Origin: Tubulanus polymorphus
Lineage: Eukaryota; Animalia; Nemertea
NCBI RefSeq assembly: GCF_964204645.1
Contig: NC_134029.1
Span: 14,750,950 to 14,814,949 of the forward strand
DNA: 64,000 bases
Direction of reading: 5' to 3'
Shown here one piece after another: positions 1 through 13,800 of this stretch. A model generated the notes under the pieces. It was not told the origin of the DNA, did not search any database, and saw only the letters and a list, made by a program, of their open reading frames with translations. Every line of letters begins with the position of its first letter. Position 1 is the first letter of the stretch. The position numbers and the translations under genes were made by a program.

Positions 1-155
1 CCTCGCGCAACTGATCATTACTATAAGCTGCGCGAACTACCTGGTCTAATTACCTCGTGCAACTGATCATGAAAATATCCTAGTTGCGCGAAAGTAACAA
101 CTCGCGCAACTGATCATTACACGATCGCGTAACTGGTTCGCGCAGATCATCAGTT
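1..155. repeat. Short imperfect repeats of CTCGCGCAACTGATCATTAC
   Basis: The motif recurs at about 2, 54 and 101; the array is cut by the window edge. Confidence 0.55.
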
Positions 156-169
156 TCTGACTTTTACAT

Positions 170-550
170 ACCTGTTTTATTGGAACCTAGGCATATTTTG
201 TTACTATGATCAATTGCAAAGTTGTAGTTCATGACATGTTCTATGATTGTGGTGAGTTACAAGGTTATTGGGTTTTGAATATGGTCACCTGGGGGCGTTG
301 AATAGTAGAATAACTTAGTAATATCCATATTAAATGTGGAACGAGGCATATTATGTTATCACAATCAATTACAAAATCGTAGCTGCTGACATGTTCTTTG
401 ATTATGGTTAGTTTCAATGATTATGGTTAGTTTTAAGGTCATTGGTTTTTGTGTATGGTCACCAGGGGTCCTTGAATATTGAAATCGTTAGATTGTTGAG
501 CATTTGAAACCACTTCCCAAGTGGGCATGGTGTCCCTGGACCCCTAGTTT
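170..550 (+). mobile_element. HINE family A, 3' part
   Basis: ~150-bp internal subrepeats, ending TCCCAAGTGGGCATGGTGTCCCTGGACCCCTAGTT as in the copies ending at 32775 and 43521. Confidence 0.75.
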
Positions 551-1588
551 CAATAAGTCACATCTCAGGTCGTTATATATGTACTAAAGTTTCTCCTGGT
601 TAAGAAATCGCGGAAAGTACAATTACAATTTTGATTGCATTTGGCCTTTAAGATTAAGACCAAATTGAGGTATGTGAACTTTTGAAACACAATCATGTTT
701 CATTCAACTTCTCTGTAAACGTTTTTAAAAATCTTAAACCAGTCTTATACTTGATAGAAATTATATCAATTATATCAAAATTATTTGCAATTATATCATT
801 TAACATTTAAATAAACAAATCGTAACATTCATTTTATCAGTATATCATTGTCAATGAAAAGGATGGCTCCGACAATATCCAAATCATAGATAGATATAGT
901 GAGATCAGTTAGGTTCGAAACCCTAGAAAACAACAACCTTCACCTTGCTCACGCGCATTCGATTGCAAGATGCGATAAATGATGAAATGCTGCGATCAGA
1001 CAATGCGAAAATAATATCTGGCCCCGATGATGTTCCCGGGACTGTGAATTCGAGAAATATCGAATCCTAACCTAACCCCCCTCCAAATTTTTTAATGCAA
1101 ATTTGAACGAATCAGAAGAACCACCTTGGTGATTATTGGTCCGTCATATGTCGGACCAACCGCACCGGTAGCTAAGCTGCTGCTCATTAATGGGGAGTCT
1201 GCAGAGTCCCGTTGATAGACTGTTTAGTAACGCATTTTCCTTGCCAAACATAATAAAGGCCAACTGAAAACCCCAAAAAATTGTGGAGTTTAAATGATAT
1301 GTTTTTCTAATGTGGCCGGAATCGATTATTAGCAGTATAATAAATCATTTCATCAGCCATAAGAATTAAATAGGAGAATTATGATTTTGAGATAACTCGA
1401 TCCTGAGAGAATATTGTCATTGTATCTATGTTATGAGTTATCTGGTTGCCAGGATTAAAAGTAAATTACAAAAATTTTTTCTAGCTATTATTTGCTACAT
1501 CTTATTGTTATTATTTGATCCATGATTTTATAATGTTTACAATTTTTTAAATATATTTTAATTAATGACTCAACTGTTCTATATTCAG

Positions 1589-1844
1589 GTTTGTACCCAG
1601 CCACTCAGTCTCCCAGATGGTGTTGAAGTTATCAAAGCAACTGAAGCAGCTGGTCATCTAAGCTCAGCTTCTATATATCCAGCATGCTTTGCACCATATC
1701 TGTTTGCAACAGCATGTTCCGATGGCTGCATTCGCTTTTGGAAATGCCACGTAATGGAATCTGATGGTTTTGATCCTAAATATGAATGGTTTGAATGGGA
1801 AATGATGATTCCCAGCTCAGATACTAGTGTTGTACATATTCCTG
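1589..1844 (+). CDS. DMXL2: DMXL exon (VCTQPL...VVHIP)
   Basis: Acceptor ttcag at 1588, donor G|gtaagt at 1844; WD40-region peptide. Confidence 0.9.
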
Positions 1845-4800
1845 GTAAGTCAATTGTTAAGTCAAACGAAGTATCTGTAAAAGTCATATTGGTCATCTCA
1901 TATAATGTGTATAATGTTTGAATATTCTTTCAAGAATGTCAAAGATTAGTAAGTGTCTACATGAGGAATTTTGGATTAGTTCTCATTGTTTACATCGGGG
2001 AATACACTTTTGTTGCTATTTTCTCAATATTAAGGCTGGGAGTCCAATTTCAGTGCAATAGCAAGAATCTACAAATCAAATGAAATCTACAAGATGGCAT
2101 TTTGACAAACAAGAAGCCACTTTATTGCACACACGTCGCCTCCATTGTATGTCATGGGATGAACAAGTTTTTGGGGAAGTTTTAAACACACTTTGATGGA
2201 TTGACTCAGGTTCATAAATGCTCCTGTCCTCAACCCATCACTGCCCAGAATTTCGAATTCAATTATTTGCTGCAGTTTTCATACGCTTAGTATTATGTTC
2301 CTTTCCTAAATAAGGGGCACATTTTAATTAATTTACAATTTCATGATAAAGAAACTATAATTTCGGAAGAGTATCCAGATAGTTAAATAATAATAAGAAC
2401 GCAACTATCACAATCTTCATGATGATAATGAGTTTATTTACATGTTCAAACGTTTCGATCGATTTCGACTCATCTCTTCGAGTCCTTTTTAAGAAATGAC
2501 ATGAAAAGATACAAGCTATGTATAGTATAATGTTACTAATTACAGAGAATATCATGCAGGCGTGAAGTGGCCTAGTTTACAAAGTACAAATGGATTATAA
2601 ACATATCAAAATACGTTCAGTAAAAATGAGACACCATGAGTAGAAAGTTGTTTGTTAATACTTGGTTTTTTGGATTTTATATATAATGCCTCTTTGATGG
2701 TGATTTCAAAGTCATTTTTTCCAGAATCAACGATTGAAAAGTTGTTTTTTAAAGAAAAATTTGATGCACAATTTTTACATGATGTTAAATGTTCCTTAAT
2801 TGCTGAAGGCGAAGTTCCATGCTCCTTTACCCTTGTGGCCAAATGTCGCATTGTTTTACCAATGTATGTGTTATTTGCATCACGCAAACATTTGAATTTA
2901 TAAATAACATTGGCCAACAAGGGTGAAGGAGTATGGGACTTGAGTGAAAAGTAGTTCCTAATTTTGAAAGAAATATCCATGTTGCATATTAGTTGCATAA
3001 GCAGTAGTTGGTTTGTTTTCTCACAAGAAATTGATTTCCTAAAAAACGTTTTCCACAAAAATGGCTACCCGCAGGATTTGTTTAATTCGTGTCTTAGAAG
3101 ATCTTTTGAATAGCAAATGTAGTGATGATACTCCCGCTAGTATGGTCAGGGAAGATAAGGTCGAAACATTTTTTTTCGTTCCTTACATAGGCCTCCCTTC
3201 GATTATATTTGGCAGAAAACTCAAGAGTCAATTCAAACAATATTACAACATGGATATTCGTATTGTCTTTACTTCTTTCAAAATTAGGAACTACTTTTCA
3301 CTCAAGTCCCATACTCCTTCACCCTTGTTGGCCAATGTTATTTATAAATTCAAATGTTTGCGTGATGCAAATAACACATACATTGGTAAAACAATGCGAC
3401 ATTTGGCCACAAGGGTAAAGGAGCATGGAACTTCGCCTTCAGCAATTAAGGAACATTTAACATCATGTAAAAATTGTGCATCAAATTTTTCTTTAAAAAA
3501 CAACTTTTCAATCGTTGATTCTGGAAAAAATGACTTTGAAATCACCATCAAAGAGGCATTATATATAAAATCCAAAAAACCAAGTATTAACAAACAACTT
3601 TCTACACATGGTGTCTCATTTTTACTGAACGTATTTTGATATGTTTATAATCCATTTGTACTTTGTAAACTAGGCCACTTCACGCCTGCATGATATTCTC
3701 TGTTATTAGTAACAGTATACTATACATAGTTTGTATCTTGTCATGTCATTTCTTGAAAAGGACTCGAAGAGATGAGTCGAAATCGATCGAAACGTTTGAA
3801 CATGTAAATAAACTCATTATCATCATGAAGATTGTGATAGTTGCGTTCTTATTATTATAAAGAAACTACTCTGAAACAGATTCTGGGTAATGAGTTTTAA
3901 AGATTTCTGTTAATAGGAAAACCCATGACAGTTAGCTGTGCATACAGTGGTAGGGTTGCTGTAGCTTACAGGATGGGTGATGTCCGTAGTAGTTCTGATG
4001 ATCCTGACAATAAATTTGTGAATTTGTATGTTGCAATTCATGAATGCGAATCAACAGGTATGTAAAATTGAAGAAACCCCACAATTTGAAGAAACAAAAC
4101 CTCAATAGGGCATGTCCCAGCAGATTCACAAATATGAAGTTGCTTGGAGGACAGGTCATTGGATCATATTTTACCTTCAATAAAAATGGTTACATGATGT
4201 TCATAAAAACAAACAGGCTAAACATCTTAAAATCATTTCAAAAATCATCATTTAACTACCAAATAGTAGGGAGATAAGCCATTTCTAATTTACTTGCCAT
4301 GAATCTTAGAGAACTGTGCTGGTGTACGGGTTTCTGATTGAGCGTTGATATTCTTATCACAGTAGCATGTCATGCCTCGGGTGACAAAGCAACTGGTTTC
4401 CGGAGCTAAGGCCCTTTGACTGTGCAACTGACCATATATTAGTATGTATCATCTATAGCAGTATCGTCTACTGTTTAAATTACGGGCTTTATTTTAAGAT
4501 TTAAGATTGTATTTCAAGATGGATTTCTATGAAATCTTTAGTTCATTTAGTTTTTGGAAGGAATATTTTTATTTGCACTACAGAAAATATTATTGACAAT
4601 TATGCAAAGTCCAGGAAGAATAGCTTTTTCTCAAATTTGATGGATGACCTTTATATGCTAATTAGTCATTCGCTCGTACTGCAAATTCAATCAAATTTTA
4701 TTCTACCAAAAATACCAAATCCAATTCAATAATACTTTTTTGAACAAATAAAACATTGAATCCAATTCAATTTTGCTTTATTGGACAACTTTCAGAAAAT

Positions 4801-7800
4801 CCAATTCAATGGTGTACTCGCAGTGCTACTGTGGCAATCGAGGATTCCACTTATGGCAGGCGTGTTCAATTTTCTTCTACATTTCAATTTAATCTGAATG
4901 AACTTTTCTCTTAAATGAATCAAATATTTCTGAAAACTATTCCGATATCTGGGTAGAAGAACGAAAGTATTTCATATTTGGTAGGTTCTGCAATTATATA
5001 TGGATTCGGGAGTCTAAAAATCCAGTTCAAAGTTAATTGAAAATGAACTAATTTTGACGACGAATAACCATCTGCTTGTCATGCCATCTGGCAGGATAGC
5101 TGGTTTTGGGGGTACCCCATTCTATTCCACATTCAAATCAATGAGACAAAGGGAAAAGATTGATCTGAGTAATGTGCTATTCGTTTTAAACTTGTTATGT
5201 GCAATAGGTTAGGTCGAGTCGAATTCACGCTTTTTCTTACTCAAGCGGCTAAGTGAACCGTGTCCGATGCTGTCGAAGGATCCTTTTTGGATTACACCTT
5301 GAAATTAGCTTTCTTGCTAAGTTTCAAGGTCATTGATTTCAGTATATGATCATCAGGGTGTGTTAAATATTGAAATGGTTGAATTGTTGACCATTTGAAA
5401 CCATTTCCCCAATGGTCATGGTGTCTGGACCCCTATTTTATTGGTTTACGAATTTTTTTTACCCGCTTTTTGGTGGCACTTTTTTATACCAATTGTGGTG
5501 CAGATTTGTATGAGCGCAAACGGTTCATGACATGAGCGTCTAGCCGCATTCAAAGCACCGGGATCGCAACTTGATTCCTCGGAGATTTCTGCCGAAAACG
5601 ATATTTTCGACGGCCTTTTGATAGGATATTATTTGTTTGCAATTAAGCAACAGCTGACAGCATTATCCATGCATAGCTGATAACCTTGGTGCCAGGTACT
5701 TTGTAACATTGATTTGTTGAACTGTTGGGCACTATCCAAAAATGACATGCCCATCTCATCACAGAACTTGCATAGTCATGACGTAATTTGGGAACAACTA
5801 TTTTTCAAAACGATGTAAAATACTTCGGAGCAGCGTAAGATTTGATAGTAAAACGATTAGTTCAACTGTTTGTCCATTTTGGTCCTTTTAGGACCTACAT
5901 TAGTATGTAATCCCAAAACTCAGCTGGGTCGTTCTCTCAAACTAACCAAATTAACATTTGTTATAGAGTAGAGGATTTGTTTTCAGTTTGGCTTATTTTG
6001 GAACCACAATCAAATACAGAAAATTGTAGTTCATCACATGCCTGACAAGATAACCCATAACCCATAATCCCAACAGTAGATACGCATCTAGCAGATGGTG
6101 TAGTTTTAGAATATAATAACAACATTACTGAATTTAATTATAATAACAACATTACTGAATTTAAGCAAGATTTCTTTTATTTCAGGGGGTTCTCAGTGGA
6201 ATTTAGAGGATACCATTGAACTAAAAAATATCTCCATTCCTGATCCAAAATCAGAGATTGACCTCAGAGTGATTTATGGTGCAACGGGAACTTCACCTGA
6301 TGAACCTACATCATCGCGAATTCCATCTCTCTCACAAGGCAAAGTTCATAGATCTTCGTCAATTCCAAGTCTAAGCACCATTTACAGTGTAAAGAAATAC
6401 ATAGCAGAAAAAGGTTTGTAATCAGGCTATACAATTACATTGTCTTGTCAATGTCTTAGCCCAAAGAAACATACCTTTGTTTACAGTGTTCACCGACTTG
6501 TCAGAAGGTGCAGACCAAAAATATTTTTTGGAATTACTTGAAGAAAAAGTAGTGAAGAACAAATTTTGACCGTTTCAGCTTGCGAGAATTTGATGAAAGA
6601 TTTATCACATGTATATGTGCCATCGGTGCTTCATTGAATATTTTTTTGATTGCCTTTTCTATACTCGATCATGTGAGCGTGAGTGCTGAACACACACTTA
6701 CACAGTACATACACTATTATGGTGCATTCCTAGGTTTTTAATCCTGCTAAACTTAAATTTCCTGTTCATGAAGCAAACTGACTCTTTCAATATAATGCGT
6801 GTGGTGACATCACTGCTGTGAAACTAAGCATGGGGTTCAGTGTCAGCTAAGCAGGAAATCTATAGTTGTATCGAAATGCAACAATCTACTAGTATCCCAA
6901 ATGCTGCCTAATCAGCCCCAGATCACTTAGGCAGCCGCACCTGTATGGACAAGACGTGCCTGCGTGGGAGAGCTGAGCCAAGTGTGCAGGGTGGTAGGAT
7001 AAACCCTCGACCCTGAACATCATACTGACCATTGATGCAAGTTCTACTGGGAAATCTTGGAAAACAGACTGGACCTTCAAGTCCCCCCAGGCAAATACTG
7101 CCAGAATAGGGGATGATGGATCTATGAACTTAGCAACGAATATTCCTGTTTCACTCACTGAATGCACTATATATGAAATCTATAAAACAACAACATCATT
7201 CCTTCACTATATTCATAGCTCTACTGCTGGCTATCCATCGTATGTTTTATTGTGTTATGTATAGCGGTAGCAACGCTTTACACGGGATAGAATTTAGGAA
7301 CCTTGAACAACTTCTAAAAGGATTAAATACGCTTTGAACGCTTGTTATGCGGTGCGGGATTACGGACTGTAATTCATTGGATCATTTCAGACGTACAGTG
7401 CTTATTTCACCTCATGCTTATTTCATGCTCTTAATCAAATCTATGAGTTTGCCATAGCTTTGTTGTTCATAAAGCGTACCAAAAGCTTGTATTATTAAGT
7501 GGTGCAACATGTATGGAACTGTTAGTTTGACTACAATGACGTCTACTATCATGAGTTTTTCACAGCAAATATGCACCTGCTGTGTACGGGGAGCTGGTAA
7601 AAATAGACGACTATAAAGTATTATTTCTCAGTAATGGCTGTACTAAAATCAAAATTAGTAACATACCTATCATTTAAACACGTATCTCATTCAAAAAGTA
7701 TGTTTTACACAAAATTCTATTTAGTGGGCATTTGACCTTTGTGATAAAATCTTACAGTTAACAGAATTTGATCATGTCATGGCGCTTTGTTTCGTGAATA

Positions 7801-10800
7801 AATATGTAACCCGTATTTAGATAGAATGAAGTAAGTTTTCTTTATAACTAAGAACCTTAATTTTCAGTAGAAATTGTCGATTTACATATGCTGATAATTT
7901 GGATATCGAAATTAGTAGTGATGGAAAATTTCAAATTGCTAGACAAATTTCGGCAAATTTATGATGTGTTTCTAACTTATCAGTTACTCATCCCACAACT
8001 CTACCATAAATCTCCCAGAAAGTTTGAATAATTGAAATTGACAAAACAATATCATGCAGGAAGATGCGTTAGGTAGTTAATTTTTTGGGATAATTCTCAA
8101 TCATTTCAAATACTCATATTTTTGATTTTTTAGGAAACAAATATGGTGTTTTAAAGCAAAAGCATTTGATTCAGCTTGACTGGGTGCCAATGGAAGATGG
8201 TTCTCATATTCTGACAGTTGGAGTAGGATCTAAAGTCATGATGTATGGACAAGTTTCGAAAGAAATTGCCCATGCTATGCAAAAAGGCCAACAAACCCAG
8301 TCACGACCCATGCTCCAGAAAAGTAAATCAATGACGGTTAAACATGCATCAGAAGAGATTTGTTGGATGAAACTTCGTTGTATTGACTTACAGACAGCTG
8401 ATGGTTTACCCCCATTACCAATGCATGTCTCATGGGTCAGAGATGGTATATTGGTAGTTGGAATGGATAATGAAATGCATGTTTATTCTCAATGGAGAAG
8501 TCATTCTGAAGGCTATGAAACGATTAGTGACAATGAGGAAAATGATAAGCGCAGTTTGACAGATTTCAATTTGTTGTCATCGTCAAACGCCACATTAACT
8601 ATGGCTAAAAAGAATTCCAGTTTCATTGGTTTAAAAACTTCTGCTTCATCATCTAGCTTATTGATGCTTGGCATTACTGAAACATCAATGAAAAGGAAGG
8701 ATAAAGATAGAGAGGGTATAAAAAAGTCTTCTTCGAATAGCGATAGTACAACCAGTCTTGGTTGGATTCAGGACTGTGGACTCTTTGAGGCCGCTAGAAT
8801 TGCAAACCCCGTTTTGCCCCAATATCATCCTAAACAACTATTAGAACTATTGAATTTCGGTAAAATTCGTCGCGTGAAGGGGATTCTTGCACATTTGGTC
8901 CGATGTATTTCTGGAAGTGGTGCAATAACGAAATCATCAAATCAGAACAAAACAAGGCGTATGTCATTTAGTGCTAAGTTCAGCCCAACTGACGCACAAC
9001 TGACGGAAGAAGTGCTAGATTATATTGAAATAAATTCCATTCCACCACTTCCTATTTATGCAATTCTCAGTGCCGATAATGATAGTTTCTGTCAGCAAGA
9101 TATCAAGGCAGCATCACCCTATTACCATTCAACAATGGCTATTGGAACAGACTATTCATCTTTGTTCAATACTCCTCATGACTATTCAGATGCATACCAG
9201 GACAGAGGAGATACTGAGGATGATAGTGTATTTGAAAAAACACATAAACTACTTTCATCTAGTTCTATGAATCCAAACTATTTTGGACCAGCGCAGGCAC
9301 ATCTATTATCTCGTCACTTGACGCACATGCAGCTTCCTGGTTTATCAAGTTTGGATCAGATGTATTTGCTTGCTCTTGCTGATACAGTTTCCAACACAAA
9401 ATCAGACTTTAGTGATCATTTTGCTCCAGACAGAGCTGTAAAAAATGGTAAGACTTCCAGATTTCCTGATGATATTTAATGATTTAGCAGGTTTGACTAC
9501 TTGTTTTGTAAGTAGTAGTCAGACCTTGATAAATCACTTTTATGAGGCCCATTTATATCTAGCATTCACTTTTCGTCAATTTGTTCTGATGGCTGTCCAT
9601 CCATAATAGGAATCAATTTATTTTCCAGAGAAGAAATTGACTCATTAGCTATCATGATGTTCTACTGTTGTTCATTATTGTCAAAATATGCACATTTTCT
9701 GATGGGTCTAAAGTGTCCTCTATATGGCCATATGTGATAGAGAAATCATTATATCCCTGCAACGAAGTGTATGGGGGTATGCTGGAGTCGGATTGTCCGT
9801 AGTCCGTCCATGGACACAATCTGGTCCGGACATCTCCTAAACTACTGGCTCTCATAACTTAACAGATATATTTGTCTGGATATGTAGTTTTGCATCTGCG
9901 CTTTATTTTGTAATTGGATCAAAAATGGCTGACTGGCGGCATATATGTTTTCTTGGATGCTAAATACATGAAAAAGAAGATACAAGCATAAACTTCTAAA
10001 TAAAGCAGATTTGATAATGAAAATGTCTGCAGATATGTTGTTAATGGAATGATAAGCCTCTGCACAGTTTTAAGGTCACGTGATGGCCACCGGGGTTGTT
10101 GAATACATGAAAAATTGATCACTTATGATCACTTTGTAAATAAAACATATTTCATTATGTCTCCCTGGTGGGAATTGGGGCACATGAGAATGGAGGATTG
10201 AAAATGGAGGTTGCGTCATGAAATATGGCAACCAGGGCAGCCATCTTGACTTTCTATTTTGCGCATTACAGCCTATAATTCTTGATGGATATTCATGAAA
10301 TTGAGTGAGTTGGTTTAGGTCTGTTGAAAATGGAAGTCATTGGCCATCGAATATGTCCATAGAATTTCAGCTCTCTCAGCACTCTTGATCGTTATTTTTT
10401 TTCATCATGCTTGTCATGTTTTTGCATCATTGATGCATTTATTGGTGTCTATTCAGCTGAGAGTCATAAAGAGCAAGGACATTGTATTTCAACATTTAGC
10501 AAGGGAACTGGTGGATATGCAGCATCTGGAGGAGTACCATCTGGAACTACTGGTGAGTCATGACTTCTTCTAGGGGCTCTTGGCCACTTTATAGTAGCTT
10601 TTTATCTCGGGCGAATGTTGTAACGGATCCAAAAAACGAATTTTACTTACAAATGATGTTGTAAATTTGACACAAAGTCATGCAATCCACTATATTTATG
10701 TGCAAAATGTAGCTTAATGCGCCTGAGATATAAAGATCCGTGGATCGCTTGCTAGCTTCTTAACTCTACCTTCACTTGTGACTCACAATGCAGACCTGTT

Positions 10801-13800
10801 AAACCCCTACGGGATTCCTGTATTTGCTACGGATTTTAATAGCTAAATACGGAAGTACGGATGCTCTGTAAAAACTACGGTTTTATATCCATTCTTTTCA
10901 AAATATGGATTTGTTTTATCTTCCTGTATGAAAATACGGCTATTGTATATCATCACATCTGTGAATATGGTTATGAACTTCCAAAAACGGGAGTACGGGT
11001 TCATTTACTTCTACTACTCGTAAATCGGGTCAGCGTATTGATTAGCACTGAGTTATGGCAGTGGCGTACACGTGCATCTATCTTCTTTCACTGCATTACT
11101 GCTGTGTGTGATCAATATAATCTCTTTACACACACTATACACACAGTCACCCGTGACAGCATACCAATGTGAATGTGAGCATTGGTGCGCGCGTTATGAT
11201 TACATTTTTCATGCAGTGTTTGAATGAAAGGTTTTTGAAGTGAATAAACTTTCAATGAATATTTTATCTTGACCAGAAAAATACCAAGTAGTAGACAAGT
11301 ATGAATAAATGTCGAGATAAATATATCTTTAGCTGGTAAAACCTGGGGTTAAAGACTCATTGACTTAAAAGTGGTCTTTACTGTATTTCGTGTGGCCAGG
11401 CTTTTTATTTTGAAGGTAGGTATAATGTCAGAAGGTTGAATAAAAATAGAAATGAAATGTTTTTTTATTTTCTTTTTAAACGATTATTTTCCTGACTTTA
11501 TAGTATATATAATGTAATATAATATATATTTTCACCCTTGGGGAAAACCCACCACTCAACCTTTCATCACCTGATAGTGGCAGCATTTGCCTCATTTCCA
11601 TAATACCAAGTGGTTTCACTCCCAGGAAAAGATCGATATTGCTAAATTAAATGGCACATGTTGAACATACTGTCTGTTAAGAACACTTGAGGTTTTTTGA
11701 CGCCTTATAAAACGTAACCATTATGAAACCTAAACAATTTTAACCATTCAGCATCATTGTACAAATCACAATGTAGATTATAGGAAGTCACATACAGCCT
11801 AAGTAGGGAACTCACGTACGGTTAACCTGTCAAGATCACCGTACAGTCACGTACGAGTAACAACTTCGTACTTAAAATGGTATTGGTTACTATAATAGGC
11901 CTATATTGACAAATAAATACCGGTAGGCTTTCTTAGCTTCCACACTTCATAACCGAACCAACTGACCGACCAGTATATTTTAGTCCCAATACGCACCAAC
12001 CGGCACAGGCTTGACTCTGTTTGTCAAATGTGTGTTCTGTAGTAGGCAATCGTAGTCACCTGATACTTTTCTCTCATTTGTTTACTCTCTGAGTCGAACG
12101 TAAGTTTAGTAGTCACCCGCGACTCAATGACCTTGATTTAAACATGATCAATTCAAAATGTATTTATTGACAATTTTTGCTACATGAACAGATCAGCAAT
12201 ATGCTTTAGATGCATAGTGTGTTCGGGGCTCTAGTGATATTCAATTCATGTAATCGTAAATTGTAGAATCGCAAATACTTTAGCATGCTCTTTTGCGATT
12301 TTATGCGATTGTAGCGAACATATGAATCGCACTTAACATTTATGATATTCAATTCATAGAATCGCGAATGTAGAATCACAAATTCTTTAGAATTGCATGC
12401 CATCGAGATGGAGATTGTCACACTAACAGAACAAAATAAGACTGAATAATTCACAGAAAATTCAATATTCTATACACTAATGAAGAAAAAACAAGAAAGT
12501 ACAAGAACTGGACTTAACATCACTCAAAAAATGAAAACATCACAACGTTACTAGATGGCTGACCAGACTGTTACAATCACTACAGAAGCCAAAGAAGAAA
12601 TATAGGGCTTTCGCACGACAGGCAGAAGGTTTGTTAGCCAGAAAAGTACTACATTTTATGGCCACAATCTATAGGCCACAAATCCAGCTTCTGACAGAGA
12701 TCACAAAACATACGAGTGTGACAAGCTCAAAGCACAAAAAATTTCTCTCCGCTGGCAAACGGCCAAAGAAAGAAGCCTATGCTACAGATGTCTGAATACA
12801 GGACACCTGGGTAGCAAGTGCAGATTCAATAATCGATGCATTAATCAGGGATGCATAAAATCCCACCATAGGCTACTACATGAAAATCTCCCAGTACCAC
12901 CAAGCTCAGATCTGCCAGGGAAGAGTCATTTGAGATCAGATGCTCCATGTTGGGAGCCACAAAATCATCGAACTCATCAAATGACAACAGATATTTTCAA
13001 ACACCTGCTGATAACTATAACATCACAGAGGGGGATGTGAGAATCTACACTTCCTCCAGAGATCGGAACACAGAAAAACAAAGAATTTCCCTCAGAAATA
13101 TACCAGTTGTGGTCTCTAATGGCGCTAAACAATATCAGATCAACGCATTTCTTGATGATGGTTCTACGACAACCTACATCAATCAAGAACTAGCAAGTGC
13201 CCTATCACTCAGAGGTCCAAAATCAATAAATCAATACCATAAATGGACAACAACACGTTATAAAAACAGAAAAGTTTATTTCAAAGAATCGAAAGTATTG
13301 ATAGAAAGGTCGGCAAAGAAATTAATGCTTATACATGTACTTCGAAACAAGATTGTAGGGACATGAAAATCGTTGATTGACAGAAAAGATGAAAAAAATG
13401 TTCACTGTTAAAAGGCGTTCGAATACCTAGCTGCAAAAACAATTTAGCAGGATATGTGTTGATAGGTATAGATATCATCGAATTGATATACTCAATTAAA
13501 GAAATAGTAGGGCAACCAGGAGCACCTATAGCCCACTTACTGCATTAGGGTAGACTGTTGTTAGTCCAGTGGAAACGTGCAGTTATATGGAGAAGTATTG
13601 AACAACGGGGAAGATCCTAAGATTCTGGGAAATGGAATACTCAGGAACCATCAAAAGCCTTACAGTGTTGAAGAAAGTATAGCAATGAGAAATATAGCTG
13701 CAAAGCAGCGATGACGGGTTTTCTGCATAGCCATTCAGGGTGATGGGAATTGTAGAACATTTAAATACCAATACATAGAATAAAATGCATTGACAGATTC

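Larger units (their letters stand above)
2358..3856 (+). mobile_element. Penelope-like retroelement: 5'-truncated copy preceded by an inverted copy of its 3' end
   Basis: RT-thumb remnant ([15 protein letters not shown]) and GIY-YIG endonuclease (VIYKFKC...YIGKT.RHL..RVKEH...EALYI...PSINKQ). 2358-2984 is the reverse complement of about 3247-3856. TSD ATAAAGAAACTA at 2346-2357 and 3857-3868. Confidence 0.92.

Noticed and set aside
6889-7167. 92-aa minus-strand ORF in a GC-richer patch
   Set aside because: No recognisable motif; probably a transposon remnant.
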